A DNA stretch of 61,516 nucleotides from an uncultured Ruminococcus sp. (GCA_902767325.1 CACXGW010000118.1:1-61516); one strand, 5' to 3'; shown: positions 37,419 to 48,573, counted from the first letter of the stretch. Program-made: numbers and translations. Notes: generated by a model from the sequence alone, not told the origin.

Positions 37419-38093
37419 ATGGATCTGGAAGAAAGAATCGATTATCATTTTCATAATAAAGAGCTGCTCACAGAGGCTCTGACTCATTCCTCTTACGCCA
37501 ACGAGCGCAAGTCTCAGCACGTCAAATACAACGAGCGCCTTGAATTCCTCGGCGACGCGGTGCTGTCGATCGTAGTCAGCGATTATATCTTCAAAAACTG
37601 TCCCGAGCTTCCCGAGGGCGAGCTTACAAAGCTTCGCGCCGTGCTTGTGTGCGAAAAGTCGCTGTTCGATTTCGCAAAGCAGATCGATCTCGGAAGCTAT
37701 CTGAATCTCAGCAGAGGCGAGCGCAACAACGGCGGTGCCGAGCGTCCGTCAATTTTGTCAGACGCTTTTGAGGCTCTTATCGCGGCGATTTATATCGACG
37801 GCGGAATGGAGCCCGCAGCAAAGCATATCCTGAATTTTGTGATACCCGCCATAAAAAGCTCAAAGAAAAAGCAGGTCAAGGATTATAAAACCACCTTGCA
37901 GGAGATCATTCAGAAGAACCCCGGCGAACGTCTGCAATATGTCCTCGTTTCCGAAACCGGTCCCGACCACAACAAGCACTTTGTTTTTGAGGTCCACCTC
38001 AACAGCAACGTCATCGGCAAGGGCGGCGGCAGAAGCAAAAAGGAAGCCGAGCAGCAGGCGGCACGCGAGGCTTTGGAGCTGATGGGCTATTAA
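37419..38093 (+). CDS. rnc: Ribonuclease III
   Basis: ALTHSSY, NERLEFLGDAVL, DAFEALIAAIY, dsRBD DYKTTLQE..SKKEAEQ. Confidence 0.98.
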   Translation: MDLEERIDYHFHNKELLTEALTHSSYANERKSQHVKYNERLEFLGDAVLSIVVSDYIFKNCPELPEGELTKLRAVLVCEKSLFDFAKQIDLGSYLNLSRGERNNGGAERPSILSDAFEALIAAIYIDGGMEPAAKHILNFVIPAIKSSKKKQVKDYKTTLQEIIQKNPGERLQYVLVSETGPDHNKHFVFEVHLNSNVIGKGGGRSKKEAEQQAAREALELMGY

Positions 38094-39075
38094 ACACGCT
38101 AATGTTTCAATTTTTATTCCGCATAACGGCTGCCCGCACAGGTGCAGCTTTTGCAATCAAAAGAATATAACGGGTCAGCAGACCCAGCCTAATGCAAAGG
38201 ATGTTGAGTCTGTTCTGGAAAAAGCGCTTGCCGATTTGGGACAGAGAAGCAAAGCTTCCGAAATAGCGTTTTTCGGCGGCAGCTTTACAGCACTTGACAG
38301 AGATTATATGCTCTCTTTGCTCAGTGCCGCAAAGCCGTATCTAAACAGCTTTTACGGCGTTCGCATATCCACTCGTCCCGATTATATCGACGATGAAGTT
38401 CTCGATATTTTACGTTCCTACGGAGTAACGGCGATAGAGCTCGGCGCTCAGTCGATGGATAATTCTGTATTAGAATTAAACGAGCGCGGGCATACTGCTC
38501 AGGATGTTGAAAACGCCTGTAAGTTGATTCGTGAAAACGGTTTTTCGCTCGGACTGCAGATGATGACGGGGTTATACGGTTCCACGGTTGATAAGGATAT
38601 TTACACTGCGCGGCGTTTCATTGAGCTGAAGCCCGATACGGTGCGGATATATCCCACGGTCATTCTGGAAAACACCGATCTTGAAAAGTATTTTCATGAC
38701 GGAAGATATAGGCCGTATCCGCTTGAAACCTCCGTTGAATTATGCGCAAAGCTTATTCTTATGTTTGCAAAAGCCGACATCGAAGTGATCCGACTGGGAC
38801 TTCACGATTCCGACAGCCTCAGACAGCACGCGGTTTTTGACAATTACCATCCGGCGTTCAAGGAGCTGTGCGAAAACAAGATTTTCCTCGACAGCTTTCT
38901 TGATTTAGCAAAACAAACAGATAAAAAGAAAATAAACGTCACCGTTCATCCGAGGTCCCTCTCAAAATTTTTGGGGCAGAAGAAAAGCAACTATAAAAAG
39001 CTATGTGAAATGGGATATGATCTGAACATCGATTTTGACGATAGATTAGGAAAGTACGAATTACACATCAGTTAA
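38089..39075 (+). CDS. Radical SAM protein (Elp3/YhcC-like), probable ATT start
   Basis: Frame upstream of the ORF-track start reads IKHANVSIFIPHNGCPHRCSFCNQ (CxxxCxxC); FFGGSFT, STRPD, ELGAQS, RIYPT, RLGL; in-frame TGA at 38080-38082. Confidence 0.85.
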   Translation: MKHANVSIFIPHNGCPHRCSFCNQKNITGQQTQPNAKDVESVLEKALADLGQRSKASEIAFFGGSFTALDRDYMLSLLSAAKPYLNSFYGVRISTRPDYIDDEVLDILRSYGVTAIELGAQSMDNSVLELNERGHTAQDVENACKLIRENGFSLGLQMMTGLYGSTVDKDIYTARRFIELKPDTVRIYPTVILENTDLEKYFHDGRYRPYPLETSVELCAKLILMFAKADIEVIRLGLHDSDSLRQHAVFDNYHPAFKELCENKIFLDSFLDLAKQTDKKKINVTVHPRSLSKFLGQKKSNYKKLCEMGYDLNIDFDDRLGKYELHIS

Positions 39076-39085
39076 GGGGTAAGAA

Positions 39086-42000
39086 ATGCGACTGAAATCT
39101 TTGGAAGTCCACGGCTTCAAAACCTTTCCCGATAAAACTAAATTAACCTTTGAAAACGGCATTACTTCCGTTGTGGGACCTAACGGCTCCGGCAAAAGCA
39201 ACATAAGCGACGCTATCCGCTGGGTTTTGGGCGAGCAATCCCCAAAGAGCCTGCGGTGCTCGCGTATGGAGGATGTTGTTTTCAACGGTACCGACAAGCG
39301 CAACAAGACAGGCTACGCCGAGGTAACGCTGAACATCGACAACTCCGACCGTTTTCTTGATTTCAACGGCGACGAGATCGCGGTCACACGCCGTTATTTC
39401 CGCAGCGGTGAAAGCGAGTATCTCATAAACAAGGCGTCCGTCCGTCTGAAGGACATCAACGAGCTGTTTATGGATACCGGTTTGGGACGCGACGGCTATT
39501 CGATGATCGGTCAGGGCAAGATCGACAGCATCGTTTCCTCCAAAAGCGAGGACAGACGCGAGATTTTTGAGGAAGCCGCCGGCATTTCCAAATATCGTTA
39601 CCGCAAAATCGAAGCCGAGCGAAAGCTCAAACACACCGAAGACAATCTGCTTCGCCTCCGCGATATAGTGACCGAGCTTGAAGGCAGAGTCGAGCCTCTC
39701 AGAAAAGACAGCGAAAAGGCGCAGAAGTTCCTGACATATTCCGAAGAAAAGCGCGGTCTTGAAATCGCGCTGTGGCTGATCTCGCTTGACAAATCTCAGG
39801 AAAACTTAAAGCAGCAGGACGAAAAGATTTCGATTTCAAAAGCTCAGTATGACTCGGCTGATCAGGCTCTTGAGGACATTCAAACCGAGACCGAGGAGCT
39901 TTATACACAAAACGGCGCGCTCGCAGCGAAAATCGAATCAGTCCGCAGCGAGATCGCGTCGCTCGATTCCGACATCGCGGAAAAGAACTCAATGATTTCC
40001 GTTGCGGAAAACGATATTTTACATAATTCCGAGAATATTCTACGTCTGCGCGCGGACATAGAACAGACCGATAAAAACGCTGATGAGCTTGAAAAGAGCG
40101 TTGCCGAGAAAGAAGAAAGGATTGCCGTACTTGACGAGGAGATCATTTCTCAGCAAAAAATGCTCACCGAAGTTTCCGAGGAGCTCAACAATATCAGCAT
40201 CGACGCCGGAAAAAACAGCGATGAGCTTCAAAAGCTGACCGCAGAGCTGTCTGAGCTTTCCGCTCAGTCGGCTGACGCCCGCGTTATGGATATGACATCA
40301 GACAGCAGCATCAACGAGCTTTCTTCACGTATCGACGCGTTGAAGGAATCTAACGATGAAAAGTCGGCTCAGCTTCGCGAGCTTTCCGAGATACTTGAAA
40401 AATACCGCGCCGACATCGAAGCCGGCCTTGAAGAGATCGATTCTCTTGGCAATACGATCGACGGGCTTTCCATAAAGCAGGAATCAAAAAGCCGCAAGAG
40501 GGAAGAGCTGAAAGCCGAGTTTGATAACGCTTCTCTGGATCTCAATGAAACTCAAAGAAAGATCACCTTCCTTGAAAATATGGAAAGAAATCTCGAGGGC
40601 TTTTCAAAGAGTGTAAAAACCGTGGTCAACGCTTCAAAAAGCGGCAAGCTTCACGGTATATACGGACCCGTTTCGCGCGTTATTTCCGTGCAGAAGAAAT
40701 ATGCCACGGCAATTGAGATCGCGCTGGGCGCAGCAATGCAGAACATCGTCGTCAACAGCGACGAGGACGCAAAGCAGGCTATCCGCTTTTTGAAATCGAC
40801 CGACGGCGGCAGAGCGACGTTTTTGCCGCTCAACACCATAAAGCCCCGCGAGCTCAAGGAAAACGGACTTGACGACTGCTACGGCTATGTAGGGATAGCT
40901 GCCGAGCTTTGCGAATGCGAAAACCGTTTTTCAAATATCCTTAATAATCTGTTGGGCAAGATCGTTATTGCCGAGGACTTAAACAGCGCCGCGGCTATCG
41001 CGAAAAAATATTCATACCGTTTCAAAGTGGTCACGCTCGACGGACAGGTCGTCAACGCCGGCGGTTCGCTTACGGGCGGTTCGCTTGCACGAAGCTCAGG
41101 CGTTTTGAGCCGCGCTTCGGAGATGGCACAGTTGAAAAAGCAATCCGTTAAGTTTGCCGAAAAAGCCGCTGACGCCGAAAAAGCGCTCGAAAAACTTGAC
41201 CGTGAGCTTGCGTCTATCGACGCCGAGCTTCTGGGCAGCCGCGCGGACGTTTCAAACAAGCAGCAGGAAATCGTCAGAATGGAAGCCGAACAACGCGCCT
41301 GTGAAAATGAGATACAAAATCTCAACGACGCCGTTAGCTCTGCCGAAAATGAGATCGCCACCTGTATAGCCAGAATCGAAGAACTCCGCAACAGCCGTGA
41401 AGAAGCCAGAGCGCGCCTTGATGAGCTTAACGCAAGGATAGCCGAGGCAGACCAAAAGGTCAATGCCGTAACGGGCGACCGTGCCGCGCTGACCGAACAG
41501 CGCGAGGCTCTCAGCGCAAAGCTTCAGAGCATCCGACTTAGCATAGTAACATCTCAGAAAGACATCGAGGCGCTTAATGCCGAGATCGTTTTCGCCAAAA
41601 ATTCCGGCACCGACAACGACGAGCGCAAAGCCACCCTGACAGCTCAGATAGCTGAATTTGAAAAAGCCATTGAAGATAAAAAGCAGGAGATAATCGATTA
41701 CAACAACGGAATCTCTCTTTTGAAAAACACGCAACAGTCGCTTTCCGAGCAGATCGACGCGTTAAACGAACAGCGCAGTCTTCTTGAAAAGCGCGGCGTA
41801 GAGATACGCGCCATCGAGCGTGAAAAGAGCACCGAGCGTGAAAACGCGGGCAGAGAGCTTGCCCGTCTGGAAGAGAGAAAAATCAATCTCCAAAAGGAAT
41901 ATGACACAACGATCGCCAAGCTTTGGGAGGAATATGAGCTTACCAGACGCGAGGCTGAAAAGGTCGCCGTTGAGATCGAGGATACACAAATAGCTCAAAA

Positions 42001-42658
42001 ACGTCTCAACAGTCTCAAGCAGAGTATCAAAGCCCTGGGAAATGTAAACGTTTCCGCCATTGAGGAATACAAAGAAGTTTCCGAGCGCTACGAGTTTATG
42101 AGCGTTCAGGTAAGGGATGTTGAAAAGTCGAAGAATGAGATCGAAAAGCTCATAACTTCTCTCACAAAGCAGATGAAGGAAGTTTTTGTCGAGAGCTTTG
42201 AGCTTATCAACCGCAACTTTTCCTTTACGTTTAAGGAGCTGTTCGGCGGCGGCACCGCGTCTTTGGCGCTTTCAGACCCCGAAAACATCCTCACAAGCGG
42301 CATCGACATTATCGTTCATCCTCCCGGAAAGATCGTCGTTCATCTCGACGCGCTTTCCGGCGGCGAAAAGGCGCTTGTCGCAATAGCCCTTTACTTTGCG
42401 ATAATGAAGGTCCGTCCCGCGCCGTTCTGCGTTATGGACGAGATCGAAGCCGCGCTTGACGATGTCAACGTAAACCGTTTTGCAAGCTATTTGCGCCGGC
42501 TCACCGAAAAAACGCAGTTTATCTTGATCACTCACCGCCGCGGCACAATGGAAGAAGCCGACGTGCTCTACGGTGTCACGATGCAGGACGAGGGCATCTC
42601 AAAACTGCTTGAGCTACGCTCGGCGGAGGTTGCCGAAAAACTCGGAATCAATAAATAA
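39086..42658 (+). CDS. smc: Chromosome segregation protein SMC
   Basis: GFKTF, GPNGSGKSN, coiled coils, hinge GRATFLPL/GGSLTGG, LSGGEK, DEIEAALD. Confidence 0.98.
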   Translation: MRLKSLEVHGFKTFPDKTKLTFENGITSVVGPNGSGKSNISDAIRWVLGEQSPKSLRCSRMEDVVFNGTDKRNKTGYAEVTLNIDNSDRFLDFNGDEIAVTRRYFRSGESEYLINKASVRLKDINELFMDTGLGRDGYSMIGQGKIDSIVSSKSEDRREIFEEAAGISKYRYRKIEAERKLKHTEDNLLRLRDIVTELEGRVEPLRKDSEKAQKFLTYSEEKRGLEIALWLISLDKSQENLKQQDEKISISKAQYDSADQALEDIQTETEELYTQNGALAAKIESVRSEIASLDSDIAEKNSMISVAENDILHNSENILRLRADIEQTDKNADELEKSVAEKEERIAVLDEEIISQQKMLTEVSEELNNISIDAGKNSDELQKLTAELSELSAQSADARVMDMTSDSSINELSSRIDALKESNDEKSAQLRELSEILEKYRADIEAGLEEIDSLGNTIDGLSIKQESKSRKREELKAEFDNASLDLNETQRKITFLENMERNLEGFSKSVKTVVNASKSGKLHGIYGPVSRVISVQKKYATAIEIALGAAMQNIVVNSDEDAKQAIRFLKSTDGGRATFLPLNTIKPRELKENGLDDCYGYVGIAAELCECENRFSNILNNLLGKIVIAEDLNSAAAIAKKYSYRFKVVTLDGQVVNAGGSLTGGSLARSSGVLSRASEMAQLKKQSVKFAEKAADAEKALEKLDRELASIDAELLGSRADVSNKQQEIVRMEAEQRACENEIQNLNDAVSSAENEIATCIARIEELRNSREEARARLDELNARIAEADQKVNAVTGDRAALTEQREALSAKLQSIRLSIVTSQKDIEALNAEIVFAKNSGTDNDERKATLTAQIAEFEKAIEDKKQEIIDYNNGISLLKNTQQSLSEQIDALNEQRSLLEKRGVEIRAIEREKSTERENAGRELARLEERKINLQKEYDTTIAKLWEEYELTRREAEKVAVEIEDTQIAQKRLNSLKQSIKALGNVNVSAIEEYKEVSERYEFMSVQVRDVEKSKNEIEKLITSLTKQMKEVFVESFELINRNFSFTFKELFGGGTASLALSDPENILTSGIDIIVHPPGKIVVHLDALSGGEKALVAIALYFAIMKVRPAPFCVMDEIEAALDDVNVNRFASYLRRLTEKTQFILITHRRGTMEEADVLYGVTMQDEGISKLLELRSAEVAEKLGINK

Positions 42659-42670
42659 AGGACTGATATA

Positions 42671-43585
42671 ATGGGACTTTTCAGTAAAATAAAAGAAGGC
42701 TTGAAAAAAACCCGCAAAGCGGTGATGGGTCAGATCGACTCGATGCTCAAGTCTTTTACCAAAATCGACGAAGAACTTTTTGAAGAGCTCGAAGAACTTC
42801 TTGTTATGGGCGACGTCGGCGTTCCCACCGCCGAGAAGATCTGCGACGAGCTTCGCGTACGCGTAAAGCAGAACGGAATTACCGACCCCGCCGAGATCAA
42901 CGGGCTTTTGCAGGAGATCATCACCGAAATGCTTTCGGGCGGAGAGGAGCTCGACATCTCCACACAGCCGTCCATCATTCTTGTTATCGGCGTAAACGGA
43001 GTCGGAAAAACAACAACGATCGGCAAGCTCGCAAAACAGCTTTCGGATCAGGGAAAACGCGTGCTGCTCGCGGCTGCCGACACCTTCCGCGCCGCGGCAA
43101 TAGACCAGCTCGACATCTGGGCACAGCGCAGCGGCTGTGAGATCATCAAGCAGAATGAGGGCAGCGACCCTGCGGCGGTCATATTTGACGCTATCGCGGC
43201 TGCCAAGGCTCGCGGAGCAGACGTTATCATCTGTGACACAGCCGGAAGGCTTCACAACAAAAAGCACCTGATGGATGAGCTTGCGAAGATCAACCGCGTC
43301 ATCGACCGCGAGCTTCCCGACGCCGCAAAGGAAAAGCTGCTGGTGCTCGACGCTACTACGGGTCAAAACGCCGTCAATCAGGCTGAGCAGTTCCGCGAGG
43401 CAACCGGTATCACGGGTATCGTTCTGACAAAGCTTGACGGCACAGCAAAGGGCGGCGTGGTTCTTGCTATAAAAGAAGGGCTCGGCATCCCGGTCAAGTT
43501 CATCGGAGTAGGCGAGCAGATCGACGATCTTCAGCCGTTTGACGCCGAGGATTTCGCCCGCGCGCTTTTTGAAACAACGGAGTAA
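42671..43585 (+). CDS. ftsY: Signal recognition particle receptor
   Basis: GVNGVGKTTTIGKLA, DTFRAAA, DTAGR, TKLDGTAKGG. Confidence 0.98.
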   Translation: MGLFSKIKEGLKKTRKAVMGQIDSMLKSFTKIDEELFEELEELLVMGDVGVPTAEKICDELRVRVKQNGITDPAEINGLLQEIITEMLSGGEELDISTQPSIILVIGVNGVGKTTTIGKLAKQLSDQGKRVLLAAADTFRAAAIDQLDIWAQRSGCEIIKQNEGSDPAAVIFDAIAAAKARGADVIICDTAGRLHNKKHLMDELAKINRVIDRELPDAAKEKLLVLDATTGQNAVNQAEQFREATGITGIVLTKLDGTAKGGVVLAIKEGLGIPVKFIGVGEQIDDLQPFDAEDFARALFETTE

Positions 43586-43588
43586 AAT

Positions 43589-44185
43589 ATGAAATTCATC
43601 ATAGCGACAAACAACGCAAAAAAACTTATCGAAATGGAGAGGATATTAAATCCTCTCGGCATAGAGGCGGTTTCCGCAAAGGACGCGGGAGTCGTGCTCG
43701 ATGATGTTGACGAGACAGGCGCGACATTCCGCGAAAACGCATTTATAAAAGCAAACGCGGCTTTTGAAAAAACAGGTATGCCCGCAGTCGCCGACGATTC
43801 GGGTATCTGTGTTGACGCTTTGGACGGCAGACCGGGTATCTTTTCCGCGCGTTACTGTCCCGAGCTTTGCGTGACGGATGAGGACAGGACGCAGAGGATC
43901 CTCGACGAGCTTCAGGGTGTTCCGGATGAAAAGCGTACCGCTCATTATACCTGCGCGATATGCTGCATCCTGCCCGACGGCAGCAAGCTCGAGATCGAAG
44001 AGATATGCGAGGGCAAGATCGGCTATTCGTTTATCGGGGACGGCGGCTTTGGTTATGACCCTATTTTTTGGCAGGGCGACAAGACCTTTGCTCAGCTGTC
44101 CGCCGAGGAAAAGGACAAGGTCAGTCACCGCGGCAAAGCGCTGCGCAAGCTGAAAACCGCTTTGGAAGAGTATATGAAAGGATAA
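43589..44185 (+). CDS. rdgB: Non-canonical purine NTP pyrophosphatase
   Basis: ATNNAKK, ADDSG, PGIFSAR, GFGYDPIF, SHRGKAL. Confidence 0.95.
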   Translation: MKFIIATNNAKKLIEMERILNPLGIEAVSAKDAGVVLDDVDETGATFRENAFIKANAAFEKTGMPAVADDSGICVDALDGRPGIFSARYCPELCVTDEDRTQRILDELQGVPDEKRTAHYTCAICCILPDGSKLEIEEICEGKIGYSFIGDGGFGYDPIFWQGDKTFAQLSAEEKDKVSHRGKALRKLKTALEEYMKG

Positions 44186-44188
44186 AAT

Positions 44189-44491
44189 ATGCTGACAAGT
44201 AAACAGAGAGCCTATTTGAGAGGCTTGGCAAACGGTCTTGAGACCATCCTTATTGTCGGAAAAGGCGAACTGACCGACAACATCGTGATGCAGGCTGACA
44301 CAGCCCTGACCGCGAGAGAGCTTATAAAAGGCAAACGCCTTGAAACCAGCGCCTACTCCGCCCGCGAATGCGCCGACATCCTCGCCGAAAAATGCGGAGC
44401 GGATGTGGTCCAGGTCATCGGTTCAAAATTCGTGCTTTACCGTCAGAATCCCGACGAGCCGAAAATCACTTTGCCGAGGGCAAAAAAGTGA
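44189..44491 (+). CDS. yhbY: YhbY/CRM-domain RNA-binding protein
   Basis: MLTSKQRAYLRGLA, VGK, RELIK, VQVIG..VLYR. Confidence 0.93.
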   Translation: MLTSKQRAYLRGLANGLETILIVGKGELTDNIVMQADTALTARELIKGKRLETSAYSARECADILAEKCGADVVQVIGSKFVLYRQNPDEPKITLPRAKK

Positions 44492-45093
44492 GCCGAATCG
44501 GAATACTGGGCGGAACCTTCAATCCTATTCACAACGGGCATATCCGTTTGGCGAAATACTGCAAAACGGAAATGAAGCTCGACAAGGTTCTGCTTATACC
44601 CGACAACACTCCGCCGCATAAATCCGACAGGGAGCTGGCATCAGGTTCCGACAGATTTAAGATGTGCGTTCTTGCCTGCAAGGCTTTGGATTGGCTTGAG
44701 GTGTCCGAGATTGAGCTTTTGCGCGAAGGGAAAAGCTATACATACGAAACTCTTATTTCCTTAAAAGAAATATATCCGAGTGATGAGTTGTTTTTGATCG
44801 TCGGAGCCGATATGTTTCTGACGCTTCATCAGTGGAAAAATCCTTCGGTTATTTTCAACTGCGCTTCGATTATTGCAGTTCCGAGAGATTTATCCGACAG
44901 AGAAACGCTTCTTCGTTTTTATCAAGACACTCTGAGACCTATGGGAGCAAAGGCAGCGGTTTTGCCGTCGTCTGTGATGACGGTCTCCTCGACTTTTATA
45001 AGAGATAACATCGGCGAATACGAAAAAATCAAAGAGCTTATAGCTCCTGAGGTTTACGAATATATAACGACTAACGGTTTGTATCGGAAGTGA
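44488..45093 (+). CDS. nadD: Nicotinate-nucleotide adenylyltransferase
   Basis: GILGGTFNPIHNGH, PPHK, SYT, GADM, VSSTFIR; GTG start overlapping yhbY stop. Confidence 0.95.
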   Translation: MSRIGILGGTFNPIHNGHIRLAKYCKTEMKLDKVLLIPDNTPPHKSDRELASGSDRFKMCVLACKALDWLEVSEIELLREGKSYTYETLISLKEIYPSDELFLIVGADMFLTLHQWKNPSVIFNCASIIAVPRDLSDRETLLRFYQDTLRPMGAKAAVLPSSVMTVSSTFIRDNIGEYEKIKELIAPEVYEYITTNGLYRK

Positions 45094-45097
45094 TTGT

Positions 45098-45664
45098 TTG
45101 CATAACACTGAATACGAAAAAGCTATACGAGCCCTTATGGGGGATTTTCGCTATACGCACAGCGTCAATGTCGCAAAAGAAGCGGTAACGCTCGCAAAGC
45201 TATACGGCTGCGATGAAGGAAAAGCGTATATCGCGGGCATTTTGCACGACGTCACCAAGGAGATCCCCAAGGATGAGCAGTTGCAAATTATCCGCGACGG
45301 TGGTATAATCTTAGACAGCGTGCAAAAAAACGCGCCTAAGCTGTGGCATTCCATAAGCGGAAGCGTGTATATACAAACGCATTTCGGCATAAAGGACGCT
45401 GACATTATAAACGCCATAAGGTACCACACGACCGGCAGAGCGGGTATGTCTTTACTTGAAAAGATAATCTACACCGCCGACTACACTTCGGAAGAACGAA
45501 GCTATCCCGGCGCTGACATAATGAGGGAAAAGTCTCGCAAAAGCCTTGAGGAAGCAATGATCTTCAGCTGTCAGTTCACGCTGCAGAATCTTTCCTCAAA
45601 GGAAGCGGCAATCCACCCCGACCAGCTCTTTTGCTATAACGAACTTGTTTTGAAAGGAAAATGA
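45098..45664 (+). CDS. yqeK: HD-domain Ap4A hydrolase YqeK
   Basis: RYTHSVNV, ILHD, AIRYHTTG, IYTAD; synteny with nadD and rsfS. Confidence 0.92.
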   Translation: MHNTEYEKAIRALMGDFRYTHSVNVAKEAVTLAKLYGCDEGKAYIAGILHDVTKEIPKDEQLQIIRDGGIILDSVQKNAPKLWHSISGSVYIQTHFGIKDADIINAIRYHTTGRAGMSLLEKIIYTADYTSEERSYPGADIMREKSRKSLEEAMIFSCQFTLQNLSSKEAAIHPDQLFCYNELVLKGK

Positions 45665-45665
45665 T

Positions 45666-46022
45666 ATGACTTCTTATGATCAGGCGATTCTTGCCGTTAA
45701 AGCTATCGACGGCAAAAAAGGTCTTAATATACAGGTAATCGAAATCAGCGATATTTCCGTGCTTGCCGACTATATGGTCATCGCTACGGGCAACAGCTCA
45801 ACTCACGTCAAGGCGCTTGCCGACGAGGTTGAATATCAGCTTGATGAGGCGGGAGTTTCCGTCAGCCATATAGAGGGCTACCGCTCAAACTCTTGGATAC
45901 TGCTCGACTATGTCGATGTAATAGTCAATGTATTCAGCGAGGAAGCGCGCAGCTTTTACGACCTCGACAGAATGTGGCAGGACGGCAAGCCTGTTGACAT
46001 AAGCTCAGTTTTGATAGATTAA
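45666..46022 (+). CDS. rsfS: Ribosome silencing factor
   Basis: KKGLNI, ADYMVIATG, WILLDYVDVIV, RSFYDLDRMW. Confidence 0.95.
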   Translation: MTSYDQAILAVKAIDGKKGLNIQVIEISDISVLADYMVIATGNSSTHVKALADEVEYQLDEAGVSVSHIEGYRSNSWILLDYVDVIVNVFSEEARSFYDLDRMWQDGKPVDISSVLID

Positions 46023-46043
46023 TGTTCTTTTGGAGGGATCATT

Positions 46044-48458
46044 TTGAAATACAATCATAAGGCAGTAGAACCCAAGTGGCAGAACATTTGGGAAGAAAAA
46101 GGCGTTTTTCACGCGAGTGACGACAGCACCAAGGAAAAGTTTTACGCGCTGATCGAGTTCCCTTATCCTTCGGGTCAGGGACTTCACGTCGGACATCCGC
46201 GCCCGTACACCGCGCTGGATACGGTCGCCAGAAAAAGAAGACTGCAGGGCTACAACGTGCTTTATCCGATCGGCTGGGACGCTTTCGGTCTGCCCACCGA
46301 AAACTATGCTATAAAAAACCACGTTCACCCCGAAATCGTTACAAAGAACAACATCGCGCGTTTTAAAAAGCAGATCCAGTCTTTAGGTATCTCCTTTGAC
46401 TGGAGCCGCGAAGTAAATACCACCGACCCCGATTATTACAAATGGACCCAGTGGATCTTCATTCAGCTCTTCAAGCATGACTTGGCGTATAAAAAAGAGA
46501 TGAATGTAAACTGGTGCACCTCCTGCAAATGCGTGTTGGCAAACGAAGAAGTCGTTAACGGAGTTTGCGAGCGCTGCGGCAGCGAGGTCGTTCACAAGGT
46601 AAAGTCCCAGTGGATGCTCAAGATCACCGAATATGCCGACAGACTTATCAACGATCTCGATCTTGTCAATTATCCCGACAGGGTAAAGGCTCAGCAGAAG
46701 AACTGGATCGGCAGAAGCACCGGCGCCGAGGTCGATTTCCAAACCACCACCGGCGACGTTCTCACGGTATACACCACCCGTGCCGACACTCTTTACGGCG
46801 CGACATATATGGTCATTTCTCCCGAGCATCCGCTTATTGAAAAATGGGCTGACAAGCTCTCCAATATGGATGAGGTCCGCGCTTATCAGGCGGCTGCCGC
46901 GCGCAAGTCCGACTTTGAGCGCACAGAGGTCGCCAAGGACAAAACAGGCGTCAAGCTTGACGGCGTAAGAGCAATCAATCCCGTAAACAACACCGAGATC
47001 CCGATCTTTATTTCCGACTACGTTCTTGTTTCCTACGGAACAGGCGCTATCATGGCTGTTCCTGCTCACGATACACGCGACTGGGAATTTGCAAAGAAAT
47101 TTGATCTTCCTATCATCGAGGTCGTCAAGGGCGGCAATGTTCAGGAAGAAGCGTTTACCGACTGCGCTACGGGCATTATGGTCAACTCCGGAATGCTCGA
47201 CGGTCTTTCCGTAGACGACGCGAAGGTCAAGATCATCGACTGGCTGACAAAAGAGGGCAAGGGTCACGCAAAGGTAAATTATAAGCTGCGCGACTGGGTG
47301 TTCTCACGCCAGCGTTATTGGGGCGAGCCCATCCCGATCGTTCACTGCGACAAGTGCGGATTCGTTCCGCTCGACGAAAGCGAGCTTCCTTTGAAGCTTC
47401 CGATGGTCGAGTCGTACGAGCCTACCGACACGGGTGAATCGCCTCTTGCTAATATGACCGACTGGATAAAAACCACCTGTCCCAAGTGCGGCGGAGCGGC
47501 TCTCCGCGAGACCGACACGATGCCTCAGTGGGCGGGATCCTCGTGGTATTATCTGCGCTATATGGATCCCCACAACAACGAAGCTCTCGCTTCAAAGGAA
47601 GCGCTTGACTACTGGTCGCCGGTCGATTGGTACAACGGCGGTATGGAGCATACAACGCTCCACCTGCTCTACAGCCGTTTCTGGCACAAGTTCCTTTATG
47701 ACATCGGCGTTGTTCCCACTCCCGAGCCTTACGCAAAGCGCACCTCTCACGGAATGATCCTCGGCGAGAACGGCGAGAAGATGAGCAAGTCCCGCGGAAA
47801 CGTGGTCAACCCCGACGACATCGTAAACGAATACGGCGCCGACACCATGCGTCTTTACGAGATGTTTATCGGCGATTTTGAAAAAGCAGCTCCCTGGAGC
47901 CAGGCAAGCATTCGCGGCTGCCGCCGTTTCCTCGAGCGCTATTGGAATCTTCAGACTATGCTCATCGACGGAAACGAGATTCGTCCCGAGCTTGAAAGCG
48001 CGTTCCACAAGGCGATCAAAAAGGTCGGCGACGATATTGAAAACATCAAATTCAACACAGCTATCGCCGCTTTGATGGCGCTTATCAACGACATTTCAAA
48101 TGTTAAGTCGATCAACAAAGAAGAGCTGCGCGTGTTCTCCATCCTGCTCAACCCGTTCGCTCCTCACATCACCGAAGAAGTCTACGAGGCGAACAAGCTC
48201 GGCGAGGGTATCGTTGCCGAAGCTCAGTGGCCTGAGTATGACGAGTCGAAGTGTGTTGAGGAAAGCGTTGAGATCGTCGTGCAGGTCAACGGAAGGATCA
48301 AAGCAAAGCTCAACGTTCCCGTTGACGCCGACAAGGAGACCATGCTTTCTCTTGCAAAATCCGACGAAAAGGTCATCGCTGCGACTCAGGGAATGAGCAT
48401 TATAAAAGAAATCGCAGTTCCCAAAAAGCTCGTTAATCTCGTTGTAAAGCCATTATAA
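46044..48458 (+). CDS. leuS: Leucine--tRNA ligase
   Basis: [50 protein letters not shown]; TTG start with GGAGG. Confidence 0.98.
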   Translation: MKYNHKAVEPKWQNIWEEKGVFHASDDSTKEKFYALIEFPYPSGQGLHVGHPRPYTALDTVARKRRLQGYNVLYPIGWDAFGLPTENYAIKNHVHPEIVTKNNIARFKKQIQSLGISFDWSREVNTTDPDYYKWTQWIFIQLFKHDLAYKKEMNVNWCTSCKCVLANEEVVNGVCERCGSEVVHKVKSQWMLKITEYADRLINDLDLVNYPDRVKAQQKNWIGRSTGAEVDFQTTTGDVLTVYTTRADTLYGATYMVISPEHPLIEKWADKLSNMDEVRAYQAAAARKSDFERTEVAKDKTGVKLDGVRAINPVNNTEIPIFISDYVLVSYGTGAIMAVPAHDTRDWEFAKKFDLPIIEVVKGGNVQEEAFTDCATGIMVNSGMLDGLSVDDAKVKIIDWLTKEGKGHAKVNYKLRDWVFSRQRYWGEPIPIVHCDKCGFVPLDESELPLKLPMVESYEPTDTGESPLANMTDWIKTTCPKCGGAALRETDTMPQWAGSSWYYLRYMDPHNNEALASKEALDYWSPVDWYNGGMEHTTLHLLYSRFWHKFLYDIGVVPTPEPYAKRTSHGMILGENGEKMSKSRGNVVNPDDIVNEYGADTMRLYEMFIGDFEKAAPWSQASIRGCRRFLERYWNLQTMLIDGNEIRPELESAFHKAIKKVGDDIENIKFNTAIAALMALINDISNVKSINKEELRVFSILLNPFAPHITEEVYEANKLGEGIVAEAQWPEYDESKCVEESVEIVVQVNGRIKAKLNVPVDADKETMLSLAKSDEKVIAATQGMSIIKEIAVPKKLVNLVVKPL

Positions 48459-48488
48459 ATAAAATTCTTCTAAATTTCTACATTTCTA

Positions 48489-48517
48489 TTGACAATATTA
48501 GTGACATATTGTATAAT
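48489..48517 (+). promoter_or_regulatory. Consensus sigma-A promoter of rpsU
   Basis: TTGACA-N17-TATAAT. Confidence 0.85.
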
Positions 48518-48573
48518 AGCTTTGCGTATTATGCAAATTACCCATGCCTTTTGGCAGATGGGAGGGAAGATAG

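Noticed and set aside
46023-46043. T-box riboswitch upstream of leuS
   Set aside because: Only 21 bp separate rsfS and leuS; no room and no T-box motif
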